A DNA stretch of 64,000 nucleotides from Phycisphaerales bacterium (GTDB lineage Bacteria; Planctomycetota; Phycisphaerae; WQYP01): the NCBI GenBank assembly GCA_027451365.1, contig DAIDJN010000058.1:96001-160000 (forward strand). The letters run 5' to 3'. The translations under genes were made by a program, and so were the position numbers. Below, one piece after another: positions 1 to 10,300 of the stretch (position 1 is the first letter of the stretch; each line of letters begins with the position of its first letter). The notes beneath the pieces were generated by a model. It saw nothing but the letters and a program-made list of their open reading frames with translations. It was not told where the DNA came from and searched no databases.

Positions 1-1410
1 CAGTATGCCGCCTTTGCCGAACGGCTGGAGATTCGCGATGTACATTTTATTCCCATTTCCGCCTTGAATGGCGACAACGTCGTGGAGCCGAGTTCCCGAA
101 TGCCCTGGTACCAGGGGCCTGCCTTGCTGGGACATCTGGAAACCGTGCATATTGCGTCTGACCGAAACATGGAAAATTTCCGTTTTCCGGTGCAGATGGT
201 GCTGCGCCCCAACCTGAATTTCCGTGGCTTTGCCGGTACGGTTGCCTCCGGCGTGGTGCGTCAGGGCGATCAGGTTATGGTGCTTCCTTCCGGCCGGCGC
301 AGCCGAATAAAATCCATCGTCACACTGGATGGCCAACTGGAATCCGCCCAGTGCCCGATGGCCGTGACGCTTACGCTGGCCGATGAGGTGGATATCAGTC
401 GCGGAGATATGCTGGTGCATCCACAGGATCCGCCGCATTTTGGCCAGGAATTTACCGCCCGTCTGGTCTGGCTGAATGAAAAGCCAATGGATCCGGCCGG
501 CAGCTACCTGATCAAGCAGACCACTCGTACCACGCCTGCTGAAATAACCCTGCTCAACGGTATTGATGTCAACACACTCGAAGACCGTCCGTTGGAAACG
601 CTGCAGTTGAATGAAGTCGGCCTGTGCGCTATTTCCACCACTCAGCCGATGGCATTTGATGCCTATCAGCGCAATCGCGGTACTGGCTCATTTATCGTCA
701 TCGACCGCATGACCAGCAATACCGTGGCCTGCGGCATGATTCTGGAACGTGAACAATCCCATGGTGCCGCGGATCCATGGGGTGAGAGTTCCCGCATGGA
801 ATTATCCGGAAATCAACCCGCTTCCCGGATTTCTCCGGCGCGCCGCCGTCAGCGGCTGAATCAGCATCCGGTAACCGTTTTACTGACTGGCTTAACTGGT
901 TCCGGAAAAGCCACCCTGGCCTATGCCTTGGAAGAACGTTTGTTCAACGATGGGAGAATTGTCACCGTGCTGCACGGTCAGGAACTCCGCCGCGGCTTGA
1001 CCAGCGACCTTGGCTTTGGTGCCGACGACCGCTCGGAAAATCTCCGTCGCGTGGCCGGACTGGCCAGAATTCTTAACGATACCGGCCTGATTTGCATCTG
1101 TGCCCTGCTTTCGCCCCATGCGGCGGTGCGCGAAAAAGTCCGTCGGCTGATTGGACCGGAACGTTTTCTGGAAGTCTGGCTTTCCGCGCCGCTGGAAATA
1201 TGCAAGCAGAGAGACACTTCCGGCATTTATCGTTTGGCCGAGGCTGGCGAAGTAAAAAATCTGCCCGGTGTCAATGCCACTTATGAACCGCCCACAAAGG
1301 CCGATCTTGAAGTTCCCACGCATCTGCTTTCAGTGGAAGAAAGCGTGGAAAAAATTGTGCAACTGCTGCAAACCCGCGGCTATATCGGCGAACTGTACCC
1401 ACAAATTTAA
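1..1410 (+). CDS. cysNC: Bifunctional sulfate adenylyltransferase subunit 1 / adenylyl-sulfate kinase (CysN/CysC), 5' end outside window
   Basis: Frame open from base 1 (..FIPISALNGDNVV..MPWYQGPALL..FRFPVQMVLRPNLNFRGFAG, EF-Tu-like CysN domains II/III). C-terminal APS-kinase domain with GLTGSGKAT P-loop and DLGFGADDRSENLRR. Confidence 0.93.
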   Translation, partial: QYAAFAERLEIRDVHFIPISALNGDNVVEPSSRMPWYQGPALLGHLETVHIASDRNMENFRFPVQMVLRPNLNFRGFAGTVASGVVRQGDQVMVLPSGRRSRIKSIVTLDGQLESAQCPMAVTLTLADEVDISRGDMLVHPQDPPHFGQEFTARLVWLNEKPMDPAGSYLIKQTTRTTPAEITLLNGIDVNTLEDRPLETLQLNEVGLCAISTTQPMAFDAYQRNRGTGSFIVIDRMTSNTVACGMILEREQSHGAADPWGESSRMELSGNQPASRISPARRRQRLNQHPVTVLLTGLTGSGKATLAYALEERLFNDGRIVTVLHGQELRRGLTSDLGFGADDRSENLRRVAGLARILNDTGLICICALLSPHAAVREKVRRLIGPERFLEVWLSAPLEICKQRDTSGIYRLAEAGEVKNLPGVNATYEPPTKADLEVPTHLLSVEESVEKIVQLLQTRGYIGELYPQI

Positions 1411-1853
1411 TTCCGCTTTTTTCATCGCCTGGCCTGCTTAATGCGGATGCTTTATCGATTCAGGTGGGGCGGTCGGGTCTGATGAAAAACTGGCCGCTTT
1501 GTGTGCTTGTCGCTTGCAGTAACATTATGAAGCTGTGGTGCCCGGATATCGCGGCAGTCTCATTTGCGGTTTGATGACCAATAACCCGCCGAATCACGGA
1601 CGACACGGATGAAACGGATGGGGTACTTTACCGGCAGGCGGTTTTTACAACATATCCCCGTATCCGCGCTCTTACCGAGTATTTCGGCTTCATTCGTGGA
1701 GCTACAGTTTCCCCGGCGTACTGCGAGGCGGGCATACGCCGTTAAATACCATCTGAAGGCTGACAGCTGTCCCGCATGTCGTTCATGAATGAGCCGCGCA
1801 CCAAATGGGGTGAAACTGCCGCTGGTCTGTTCTTCAGGGCGGGGTCCGTCGCC

Positions 1854-2963
1854 TTAGGCTTTGTCAAACAGTGAATGTGGATTCAAATATCCGCAACTGG
1901 CGAAGAATTCCATAGCTTCATCCACGCTGCCAAACAGTCGTGTGGCGGTCTGCGTGACAAATGGGCTTGCACCTGTTTTTGGCCGCCAGACCACATACAC
2001 CTCGCGCGAGTGGTCATAGGCGTGTTGCAGTTCACGTTCCACGCCGCTGGAAAGCGCCGGTCGGCCATCGGACAATTCGGGAATGTAGGACACTATCATG
2101 TCGCTTTGCCGCACCATCATAAAATCGCGGGCATAAATCTGGCCGTTAATATCGCCAGCTATGGAAAGCACATCCTGGTTGCGAATCGTGACCGGTTCGC
2201 CATTGACCTCCAGCGAAAGATTATGCTGATTTTCCTGCATGGCAGACAGTGCCCGGTCGGCCAGGGCCTTTTCATCCACATCGCCTGGGTCAAATGTGAT
2301 AAATGCATCGGACATGCGGGTACGAAAGCGGTTAATTTCCGCAAGTACTTCCGGCATATCCATGACATGGCTCATGGGAAAGCTCGGATAAACCTTGCGT
2401 TGCTGCGGACGCAAAAGGAGCCGGAAAAGCGTTTTGGCTGTGCTGGCGGTCCGCCCGCGGGCCAACACATAAAACTGGCCGGGATGGGCCGGATTGGCCC
2501 GCGCCAGAATTTCCGTGGCCAGAATTTCCTCTTCGCGCCATACCATCAGGTCTTTGAGTGAATGATCGGTATTCCGATCGCGAATCAGCCGCTGATGAAC
2601 CGCCTCCACGTTGTCCAGCAGAGTGACATAAATATCCGCCCTGAATTGAGCCAACTGGTCAAAATCGAATGCGGCAAACAGGCCATGTTTCCAGCGAAAG
2701 GTGGCGTGCGAATTCACAATGACATTGGGGTGGTGCTGAGCTTCAGCCAGAATATCCCGGAACACCGCCCGCCGGAGCGAATTGAGCCGCGAAAGCGGCA
2801 GGTCCAGAATACGGCCGGGCCGGACATCCGGCGCTTCGCGGTACATCATGTCCCCGACATGGAAAATTTTCAGCCTTTCGCCGGCGGTATCCGCAATTGA
2901 CTGCACTTCATCCAGATAGGCCTTCCTGTCCAATCCGACCTGACCTGTTAACAGCATGCGCAT
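1854..2963 (-). CDS. Fusion of an NMP/adenylate-kinase-like P-loop domain and a nucleoside 2-deoxyribosyltransferase (NDT)-like domain
   Basis: N-terminal LLTGQVGLDRK (degenerate Walker A) and VIVNSHATF resemble archaeal AdkA. C-terminal KVYPSFPM..RDFMMVRQSDMIV..SSGVERELQHAY..VYVVW matches the NDT fold pattern. Start 2963 has a GAGGAG RBS. Confidence 0.6.
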   Translation of the reverse strand: MRMLLTGQVGLDRKAYLDEVQSIADTAGERLKIFHVGDMMYREAPDVRPGRILDLPLSRLNSLRRAVFRDILAEAQHHPNVIVNSHATFRWKHGLFAAFDFDQLAQFRADIYVTLLDNVEAVHQRLIRDRNTDHSLKDLMVWREEEILATEILARANPAHPGQFYVLARGRTASTAKTLFRLLLRPQQRKVYPSFPMSHVMDMPEVLAEINRFRTRMSDAFITFDPGDVDEKALADRALSAMQENQHNLSLEVNGEPVTIRNQDVLSIAGDINGQIYARDFMMVRQSDMIVSYIPELSDGRPALSSGVERELQHAYDHSREVYVVWRPKTGASPFVTQTATRLFGSVDEAMEFFASCGYLNPHSLFDKA

Positions 2964-3668
2964 GAATAACTCCTCACGGGCGGTCATTGTAAGTTGCATT
3001 TAGCCGGGAAACAAATAACCGGTTTGCAGGGCGTTATTCAGCGTGCGCGACACGCAATGCCGGTGGTATTGGTTGAATTCGAACGGTAGCTGATGGATGG
3101 GCGACCTGCGGACCGGCAGTCCGAGTATTTTGGCTTTTCAGGAGTTTGCCGCGGCGGGTTTAGGCGAGAACAGTTGCTACTTTCAAATGCACGATCGGCA
3201 ATAGGAAATTATCCGTGTGGCTGGACCAAGGGATGGCCGATTGGATACGGTGTGATCGAATCGGGAGTCAGGCGGCCCAATAAAAGAGTAAAAGGCACCG
3301 AGCCGTTCTGAAGCCGACGCGGCGGTGAGACCATTTTGGCTCTCCGTGCGCTGCGACTAAGCCAAGATGGCCGCAAGGATAATTGCCGCTTCATCAGAAA
3401 CTTAGATCTGCGGCATAATGTGTCACGCACCCGGAGGAAATAATGCCGGAAGAAACCGCTGTCCAGGAACCTGGTAAGTGACTATAAAAGGACGTTAATG
3501 ACTGGCCGGTTTTAACCCGCCCGGTGACAGTATTTACAGGGGGGCCTGCCATTCCTGGGGGAACTGCGGTCTAAGTCAGTTGCCCCGATCTTATGCCAAT
3601 TTGACGCAGTAACAAGGCCGCCCCTTAAGCAAATTGCGCCGCATACACGTGACGCGCCAAGCGGTCGC

Positions 3669-6600
3669 CTATTGTCCGGCCTGGGAAAGCTTTTTAAAGT
3701 ATGCCTTTACCGGATTGCGATAGCCGCTGGGTAACGTGCCGATCATGGAATCCGAAACTTTTCGCTTTAGCTTCTGGCTTTGCGTATTATCCGTTACCAG
3801 GCGGGCCTGGGCACCGGTCAGCAATTTGGCCGTTGCCAGGCTCTGCACCGCCATTTTTTGGTACAGCAATGCCGTTTTATACCGGTAGGCTTTCATGGCC
3901 TTTTGCGCATCCTGCATTAGCACGGCGGACTCTATCAGTTTGAAGTTGTTAAAGCCGGCCGCACGCATCGTCAGCCTAAGTCGATCTGTCTGATTCAAAA
4001 GCTGCGCCTGAAGCCCGGCCATGCGCTTGATGTCTTTCTGCATTCCCAGCGGAGCGGGTCCTTCCAGTCCTTCGCCGCTGTAGCCAGCCATTTTTCCGCC
4101 TCCGGTGGCGCCGCCGGGTGGCCGGCCAGATGTATCCTTCACCTGGCCGGAGTCAAATTGGTCACCGGTCAGGCGAGTGGGTGTGCGGCGTCCACTTTTG
4201 CGTGTATCGGTCGCGCCGACCATTTCACCGCTGGCGCGGCCTTCGCGCCCGGCTCCGCTGCGGCCTTGAATTTCGTCATTCTTGGGCATCTGATTTCCCG
4301 TTACACCCTGGGCGCTCATATCGCTGATGGGGCCATCCATGGCACCCCAGCCGACGCCTTTATTCATGGAATCATTCCATTTGCTTCCCAGACTTTCCAT
4401 GTTGTTGGTCATGTCCTCTTCATGTTCGAGAAGTTTACCGACCATATCGGTTAATTGTGAAGGCAGCGGGGGGGCGGGAACATCATTCTGGGTCACCGGC
4501 TCTTCCATTTCCCATTTCATTGTGTCGGGAGTCTGCATAAGCCACTGTTCAATGTGAGAGGTTAATTTTTTGGCGTTTTCCAGGCCTTCCTGCTCTAAGG
4601 GTGTGGCTATTTTAATAGCCTTGATTTTCAGTGCGTTCTTGGCCATGGCCATATCTATTTTCATTTGAGCAATATCGTCCTTCAGGGAGGCGTTGGCCTG
4701 GTCCTGTTCGGTCAGGTTGCTGGTATTGACCAGGGCCTGATTCAGGAATTTAGACCACTTGTCTTCTGTGGCTTTGGCTTCCTTAAGCATTTTTTTGTCG
4801 TTGGCGTCATATTGTGCAATCGGCTTCTGGGCCAATTTTGTGGTGGTGTTGATGACGGCTTTCTGCTGCTTTTCGAGTTTTTTCATCGCCAGCGCAAGTT
4901 GCTTCCACATTTCGCGCTGCCGATTGGGAATATTGCTGCCCTGGTGCGAAACCACCGCATCCACCGGCTGGGTATGCGTGCCCGCCAGGGCCAGCATGGC
5001 GCGCAGGCCATTGAGTACGTTCAGTTGTCGGCGATGAAGTTTCTTGGCCACAAACCCGACCGCAACCGAGTCGGATATGTGACAAAGGTCATCGGCGCGG
5101 GTAGTGGCCACCAGCGCATCGGTGCGCGCCAGCACGGTAAGCGCACTTTGAATTTTTGCCATCGACGCGGCAAATGGAAAATGTGCCGCCGTGTGGCTCA
5201 TGGTCTTTTCCAGATCGCTCTGTCCGGTATGCACAACCATTGCGATTTGCCGGGCCTGTGGCACGCTCAATATGCCTGTCAGGCCATTGGCCCGCACAAT
5301 CAGCCCTTGCTGCACCGCGATCATCCGCCGAATCCGTCGTTCCAGCCGTTCCCAAAGCCCGCGATTGGGCGACACCGTCGCCATGGTTTGAATGCGTATT
5401 TTATACATGTTTCCCGCGGCTGTTTGCGGCCCAAGCTGGGTCTGCCCGAAGCTGATATTACGATTGTCCGTTGCTGTGAACTGATAGTGCAGTACCTGCC
5501 CGGTCTTATATCTGGCCGCCGGAATCGGCAGCAGCATTTTTATGCTTGTGGACGTGGCGGGCAGTCCATTTTCCGCGTTGGGAATCTGCCATCGGCGAAT
5601 GGTGGTCATGTTGTGCTTGTTAATGCCAAGCCGCAAACGGACCATCGTCAGGCCGTAGTCGTCGGTGGCGCGGACTTCTATCGGAAGCTTTGTTCCCAAG
5701 GTCGCAAACACATTGTGGTGGGGAACAAGCACATGAACCACCGGCGGCTGATCGGCGATAATGCCCAGGCGGAAATGGCCGCCGCCACCATTGCTTTGGG
5801 CCGGAAACCGCTGCAGACTTTTGCCGCTGGCATCGTTAATCAGCCAATCATATTTCATCGGCTTTTGCGGGATCAGCGTAATGGAGAAATTCCGTCCATC
5901 GGTTGATTGTGTGGACAGCACCTTCCCATGGCTGGTTTCCAGCAGAGCTGTAGCACCAATTAACGCATGGTTAAGCGTCGCTGTGAGCTGCACCTTGCTG
6001 CCCAGCGGCACACTTAGTGATCCTGAATCCGCCGATATATTCTGGCCGGTAAGGGTCGTAACGCTATTGGGTTTGGCCGGATGGGTGTAGGCCGGTGGTG
6101 TAACAGTAATCTGATAGGCGGCCAAGGCCACTTTGGGCAGCACCGTAATGTGGAACCATTGGCTTTGGGTTCCCCCGACGGAAATCATGTACCGCAAATT
6201 TTCCGCCGCGCTTGCCAGCAGATATCGGTACGAACTGTTATTTCGGCCAAAAACCACCATGGAAAGTGTGCGTGTCTGTCCGCTTTTCAGATGCAAATGC
6301 AGCGTTGCTGGCAATAATTGGTCCTTTGGCACCGCAACTTTTACACTGAATTCAATGGGTGAACCTGCCAGAACAGTTTCCGTCCCCGGGCCGATATCAA
6401 TAATCCGGGCAATTCCCTGTCGCGGGATAAATTTTCCCGGTGCCGCCAGCACCGCAAGCCCATGCGCCAGCGAACCGGGAAATATGAGGAACAGCAGGGT
6501 TGCCACAAGCATTACCGCACCGACCTTCATCCATGGCCCCCGCTGACGTTTCCAGGGAACCACATCGCCAAGGTTGTGTGTGGAAAGTTCGCTGTTTATT

Positions 6601-7055
6601 TCCCGTAACACTTGTGGAATCAGCATGCGGCGCGGGTCGGCCAACGGACCAGTGGCGGGCGTGTTCCGCAATTCTTGCATTTCAACTGCCAGCAGTACGG
6701 CGTTAATCAGTCCGTTGTTCAGCGGTATTTCGCGCTCGCCGGATTCCAGTTCCACCCAGCGTGCGATCTGCCCATAGGCGGGCTTCTTCCAGATCAGGTC
6801 ATGCAGAAATTTCCAATAGCCAAAGCCTATTGCCGCAGGTACCAGTGCCAGCAGAAGCCAGTCCATGACATGGGGAAGGGGAAGGGTGCCGGCCAGAAAA
6901 ACCGCGCCGGCGGCCACAGGGACAACCAGCAGCAGAAATCGCGCCACGCCACCCAGAATATGCGCCAGTCTAAATTGATTGCCTGCGTCTTCCAGTTTGC
7001 CGGCAATGGAGCCAAATTCCGGTGGCCACTGACTGGAGGCATCGATGGTGGTCAT
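3669..7055 (-). CDS. Large membrane-anchored protein (DUF4175-like): 3 N-terminal TM helices, beta-rich Ig-like region, Q/M/K-rich helical C-terminus
   Basis: 1128-aa ORF with hydrophobic segments, DQPPVV..RATDDYGL..ATDN motifs and a terminal LPSGYRNPVKAYFKKL, as seen in planctomycete DUF4175-type proteins. Confidence 0.55.
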   Translation of the reverse strand: MTTIDASSQWPPEFGSIAGKLEDAGNQFRLAHILGGVARFLLLVVPVAAGAVFLAGTLPLPHVMDWLLLALVPAAIGFGYWKFLHDLIWKKPAYGQIARWVELESGEREIPLNNGLINAVLLAVEMQELRNTPATGPLADPRRMLIPQVLREINSELSTHNLGDVVPWKRQRGPWMKVGAVMLVATLLFLIFPGSLAHGLAVLAAPGKFIPRQGIARIIDIGPGTETVLAGSPIEFSVKVAVPKDQLLPATLHLHLKSGQTRTLSMVVFGRNNSSYRYLLASAAENLRYMISVGGTQSQWFHITVLPKVALAAYQITVTPPAYTHPAKPNSVTTLTGQNISADSGSLSVPLGSKVQLTATLNHALIGATALLETSHGKVLSTQSTDGRNFSITLIPQKPMKYDWLINDASGKSLQRFPAQSNGGGGHFRLGIIADQPPVVHVLVPHHNVFATLGTKLPIEVRATDDYGLTMVRLRLGINKHNMTTIRRWQIPNAENGLPATSTSIKMLLPIPAARYKTGQVLHYQFTATDNRNISFGQTQLGPQTAAGNMYKIRIQTMATVSPNRGLWERLERRIRRMIAVQQGLIVRANGLTGILSVPQARQIAMVVHTGQSDLEKTMSHTAAHFPFAASMAKIQSALTVLARTDALVATTRADDLCHISDSVAVGFVAKKLHRRQLNVLNGLRAMLALAGTHTQPVDAVVSHQGSNIPNRQREMWKQLALAMKKLEKQQKAVINTTTKLAQKPIAQYDANDKKMLKEAKATEDKWSKFLNQALVNTSNLTEQDQANASLKDDIAQMKIDMAMAKNALKIKAIKIATPLEQEGLENAKKLTSHIEQWLMQTPDTMKWEMEEPVTQNDVPAPPLPSQLTDMVGKLLEHEEDMTNNMESLGSKWNDSMNKGVGWGAMDGPISDMSAQGVTGNQMPKNDEIQGRSGAGREGRASGEMVGATDTRKSGRRTPTRLTGDQFDSGQVKDTSGRPPGGATGGGKMAGYSGEGLEGPAPLGMQKDIKRMAGLQAQLLNQTDRLRLTMRAAGFNNFKLIESAVLMQDAQKAMKAYRYKTALLYQKMAVQSLATAKLLTGAQARLVTDNTQSQKLKRKVSDSMIGTLPSGYRNPVKAYFKKLSQAGQ

Positions 7056-7372
7056 AATTCATACCCCGTTGAAGCGAACGTAGGGTCATTTAGCCGGGCC
7101 GCATCGCCGGACTCGATCATTATAACGACAAATGGAGGTAAATGTTGCTATTTCTTCATTTTCAAAATCATGTTATCGGAACATGTTTGGCGGTCATTTA
7201 TTGATGGGCTGGCGGCATACATGAACCCTGTTTCAATCCGTCGGATCAGGTAGTTTTGGTGGCCGTCATCCCAATTCCGGTGAAAAAATAGATCGGTCTG
7301 GCTACCCACTGCCCCTAATCACGTTGTACGGACGCCGGGTTGGCGTTCGGTACACCAATAAAGCCTTCTTCG

Positions 7373-10300
7373 TCAGTTCGTCCGGCTACTGGTTTCCGTG
7401 CCAGCCGCCGCGTCCGGAGCACTGGTGTTCAATCGTGTGTCATCCGACAGCATTCGCTGGAAGTCATCGGCGGGTACAGGGCGGCTGAAGTAATAGCCCT
7501 GAATCGAATGGCAGCCCAGCAGTTTTAGAAGTGTAATCTGTTCCATTTTCTCGACGCCTTCGGCCACTGTGCGAAGCTGCAAATTGTCCGCAAGGTCCAC
7601 AATGGTGTCCACCACAGCAAGGTCCTTGGGGTCGTCAATCATGTCGCGTACGAACGAGCGGTCAATTTTCAGCGTGTCAATGGGGAATCGTGTCAGGTAA
7701 CTTAGGCTGGAATAGCCGGTGCCAAAATCATCCAGCGAAAAGCGAATGCCCAGATTCTTAATTTCAATCATTCTGGCCCGCAACGTTTCGGTTTGTGCCA
7801 TCAATGTGCTTTCCGTAATTTCCAGTTCAAGAAGCGCCGGATTCAGGCCCGTTTCACGCAATACGCGCCGGACGGTATGTGCCAGGGTTACTTCACGGCA
7901 CTGCAGCGGAGAAAGATTGACTGATACCGGAACAACTGGCACGCCATCGCGTTGCCAGGCGCGCGTCTGCCGGCAGGCCTCCTCCAGAATCCAGGTGCCC
8001 AGCGGCAGAATTATTCCTTTTTCTTCCGCCAAAGCAATGAATTTGGTCGGGGGAACCAGCCCCCGCTGCGGATGCAGCCACCGTACCAGCGCCTCTGCTC
8101 CGATAATTTTTCCTGTCTGCAGGTCCACCTGAGGCTGATAATGCAAAAGGAACTGATTGCCCTTTAAAGCCTCACGCAGGTCGTTTTCCATGCGGACATA
8201 TTCCAGAGCCGCTGCGTGCATTTCCGGCGTGTGGAACGCGGCATGGTTGCGGCCTTCTTTTTTAACCTGATAAAGCGCCTCATCGGCGGTACGCATCAAC
8301 ACGCCGGAATCCTTTCCATCGCGCGGATATACGCTCATGCCAATGCTGCATGTAATGTGAAATGTATGGCCGGATATGATAAAGGGTACCGCCATGCTTT
8401 CTATTATTTTCGCCGCCACATATGCAACGTCCTGAGTGGTTTTCGGATCGCTTATCAGCACAATGAATTCATCGCCGCCAAGGCGTGCCACGGTGTCCTC
8501 GGACCGCAAAGCCGAGCGTATGCGCATGGCCGCGCCCTGCAGCAGTTCGTCGCCGAATTCATGGCCCAGAGTGTCGTTGACGGTTTTGAAATTATCCAGG
8601 TCAATAAAAATAACGCCCAGCATCGCGTTATGTCGATGCGCCTGCCGGATCGCCTGCTCCAGTCGGTCTATCAGAAGGGTGCGATTGGGCAGCCCGGTCA
8701 GCGAGTCGTGATAGGCCAGATAATGAATCCGCTCTTCCGCGGCTTTGCGCTCGGAAATATCCCGGAAAATCGCCAGCATCAGGCATTTACCCTGCAATTC
8801 CACCCGCGATTCCACAATATCCATCGGAAAAGTCCGCTGGTCCCGACGCATGGCCGTGGACGTGGAATCAATCCGTTCGCCGGTTTGCACCAGCCGGTCG
8901 TAGCGGGCCTTCACTTCCGCTTGAACCTCCGGCGGAAATAACTCGCTTCCGTGCATTCCCAATAGAGCATCGCGCGAATAGCCGAATTGTTCCACCGCGC
9001 GGCGGTTAACCTCCACAATTTTTCCGCTTTCCTCCATTAGAATAATTGCGTCGCCGGCGCCTTCCATCACCAGATGGTAGCGTTGCTCGGAATCCCGCAG
9101 GGCCTGCTCCGCGGCGCGCCGCAGATTTTCCCGATCAAGATCATCCAGCGCAAAGGAAATGCTGTTGGCAATTTCTGTCAGGAGAGTCCGGAATTGATCG
9201 TCAAAGGCGTCCTTGCGGGCACTGTATATGACCAGCGCGCCTACCGCCGTGCCGCGCCGCCGAACCGGAAATGCCGCGACCGCACGCAGGGAGAAAAATT
9301 CCAGACGCCCCAAAATGGATGGATTGTTGGATGATGCAAACAGATCATTAATAATAATCGGTTCGCCCGTTGCCACCGCTTCCAGCACCGGCAGGCTGTT
9401 GCCGGCCGAAAGGCGATCCTGAATTAAATTTGATTCAAGGATGTTTTCTTCGTCCACATGCGGAGCCGAAGCGCCACTGGTGGTCAATCCGGTCAGAAAG
9501 CCGACTGCTTTGCCGGCGCTTGCCGCCGTGCGCGGCATGTCGACCAGCTTGTCCTGAAAACCGATGAAAGCCAACTCGAAACGCCCCGCCTTCACCGTAT
9601 TTTCGCATATTTCCGTCAGCAGCGTATCCTGTGCGCGGCGCTGTGCGATAAGCGAATTAATCTGACTTAACGCCGCATACATATCCTTGACATAGCGCAG
9701 CCGCTTTTCTGTACTTAGCCGTTCCAGAATCGCTCCTGTAAGCGACCGGTACATTGCCACAAACAGAAATGCGGTTAACGCGGTGACAATCAGAATGATG
9801 CCCAGTTTATAAAACAGTTCCAGGCGCAGCGAATCAATGCGATCCTTGAATTGCTGCACCATGCTGGTAATACACCGGACCGCCAGCGTGGATGCCGCGT
9901 TGGACATGGCGTTGGCGTCTTTCATCAGGCGGGCTTGCTGTATGGCCCGAAACCGTGACGCAGGCGGTGGAACCTCCAGCATCCGAAGGATTGCGTTGGA
10001 AGATATTTGGATATTCTGAAGCGGCCGGGCGAAGTCATTGGTGAGCTTTGGTTGATCCGTAAATGTCTTGCCCGCGTCCTGCACGATTGCCGCTACGCTG
10101 CTCCAGCGAATTTGAGATGCAAGCTGCATCGCCTGCTGATAGTTTTCACGCCAGCCGGCATTTGCGGTGGATGGGTCGGAGAAGAGTTCACGCAATCGTG
10201 CCAGCCGGTGCAACAGTGTCGGCAAATCTATCCGCATAAGTTCAATTTCACTGCGCGTCGCCTGGTGTCGGTCCTGACTTAGGTGTGCATAATAGGACGC

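Noticed and set aside
3557..3586. Hairpin as a terminator for the DUF4175-like gene
   Set aside because: The stem is imperfect and there is no T tract on either side.
4665..5906. 413-aa + strand ORF and the other long antisense ORFs (e.g. 24084-25190, 48881-49807)
   Set aside because: These are shadows of well-supported genes on the opposite strand in GC-rich DNA, with no recognisable motifs.
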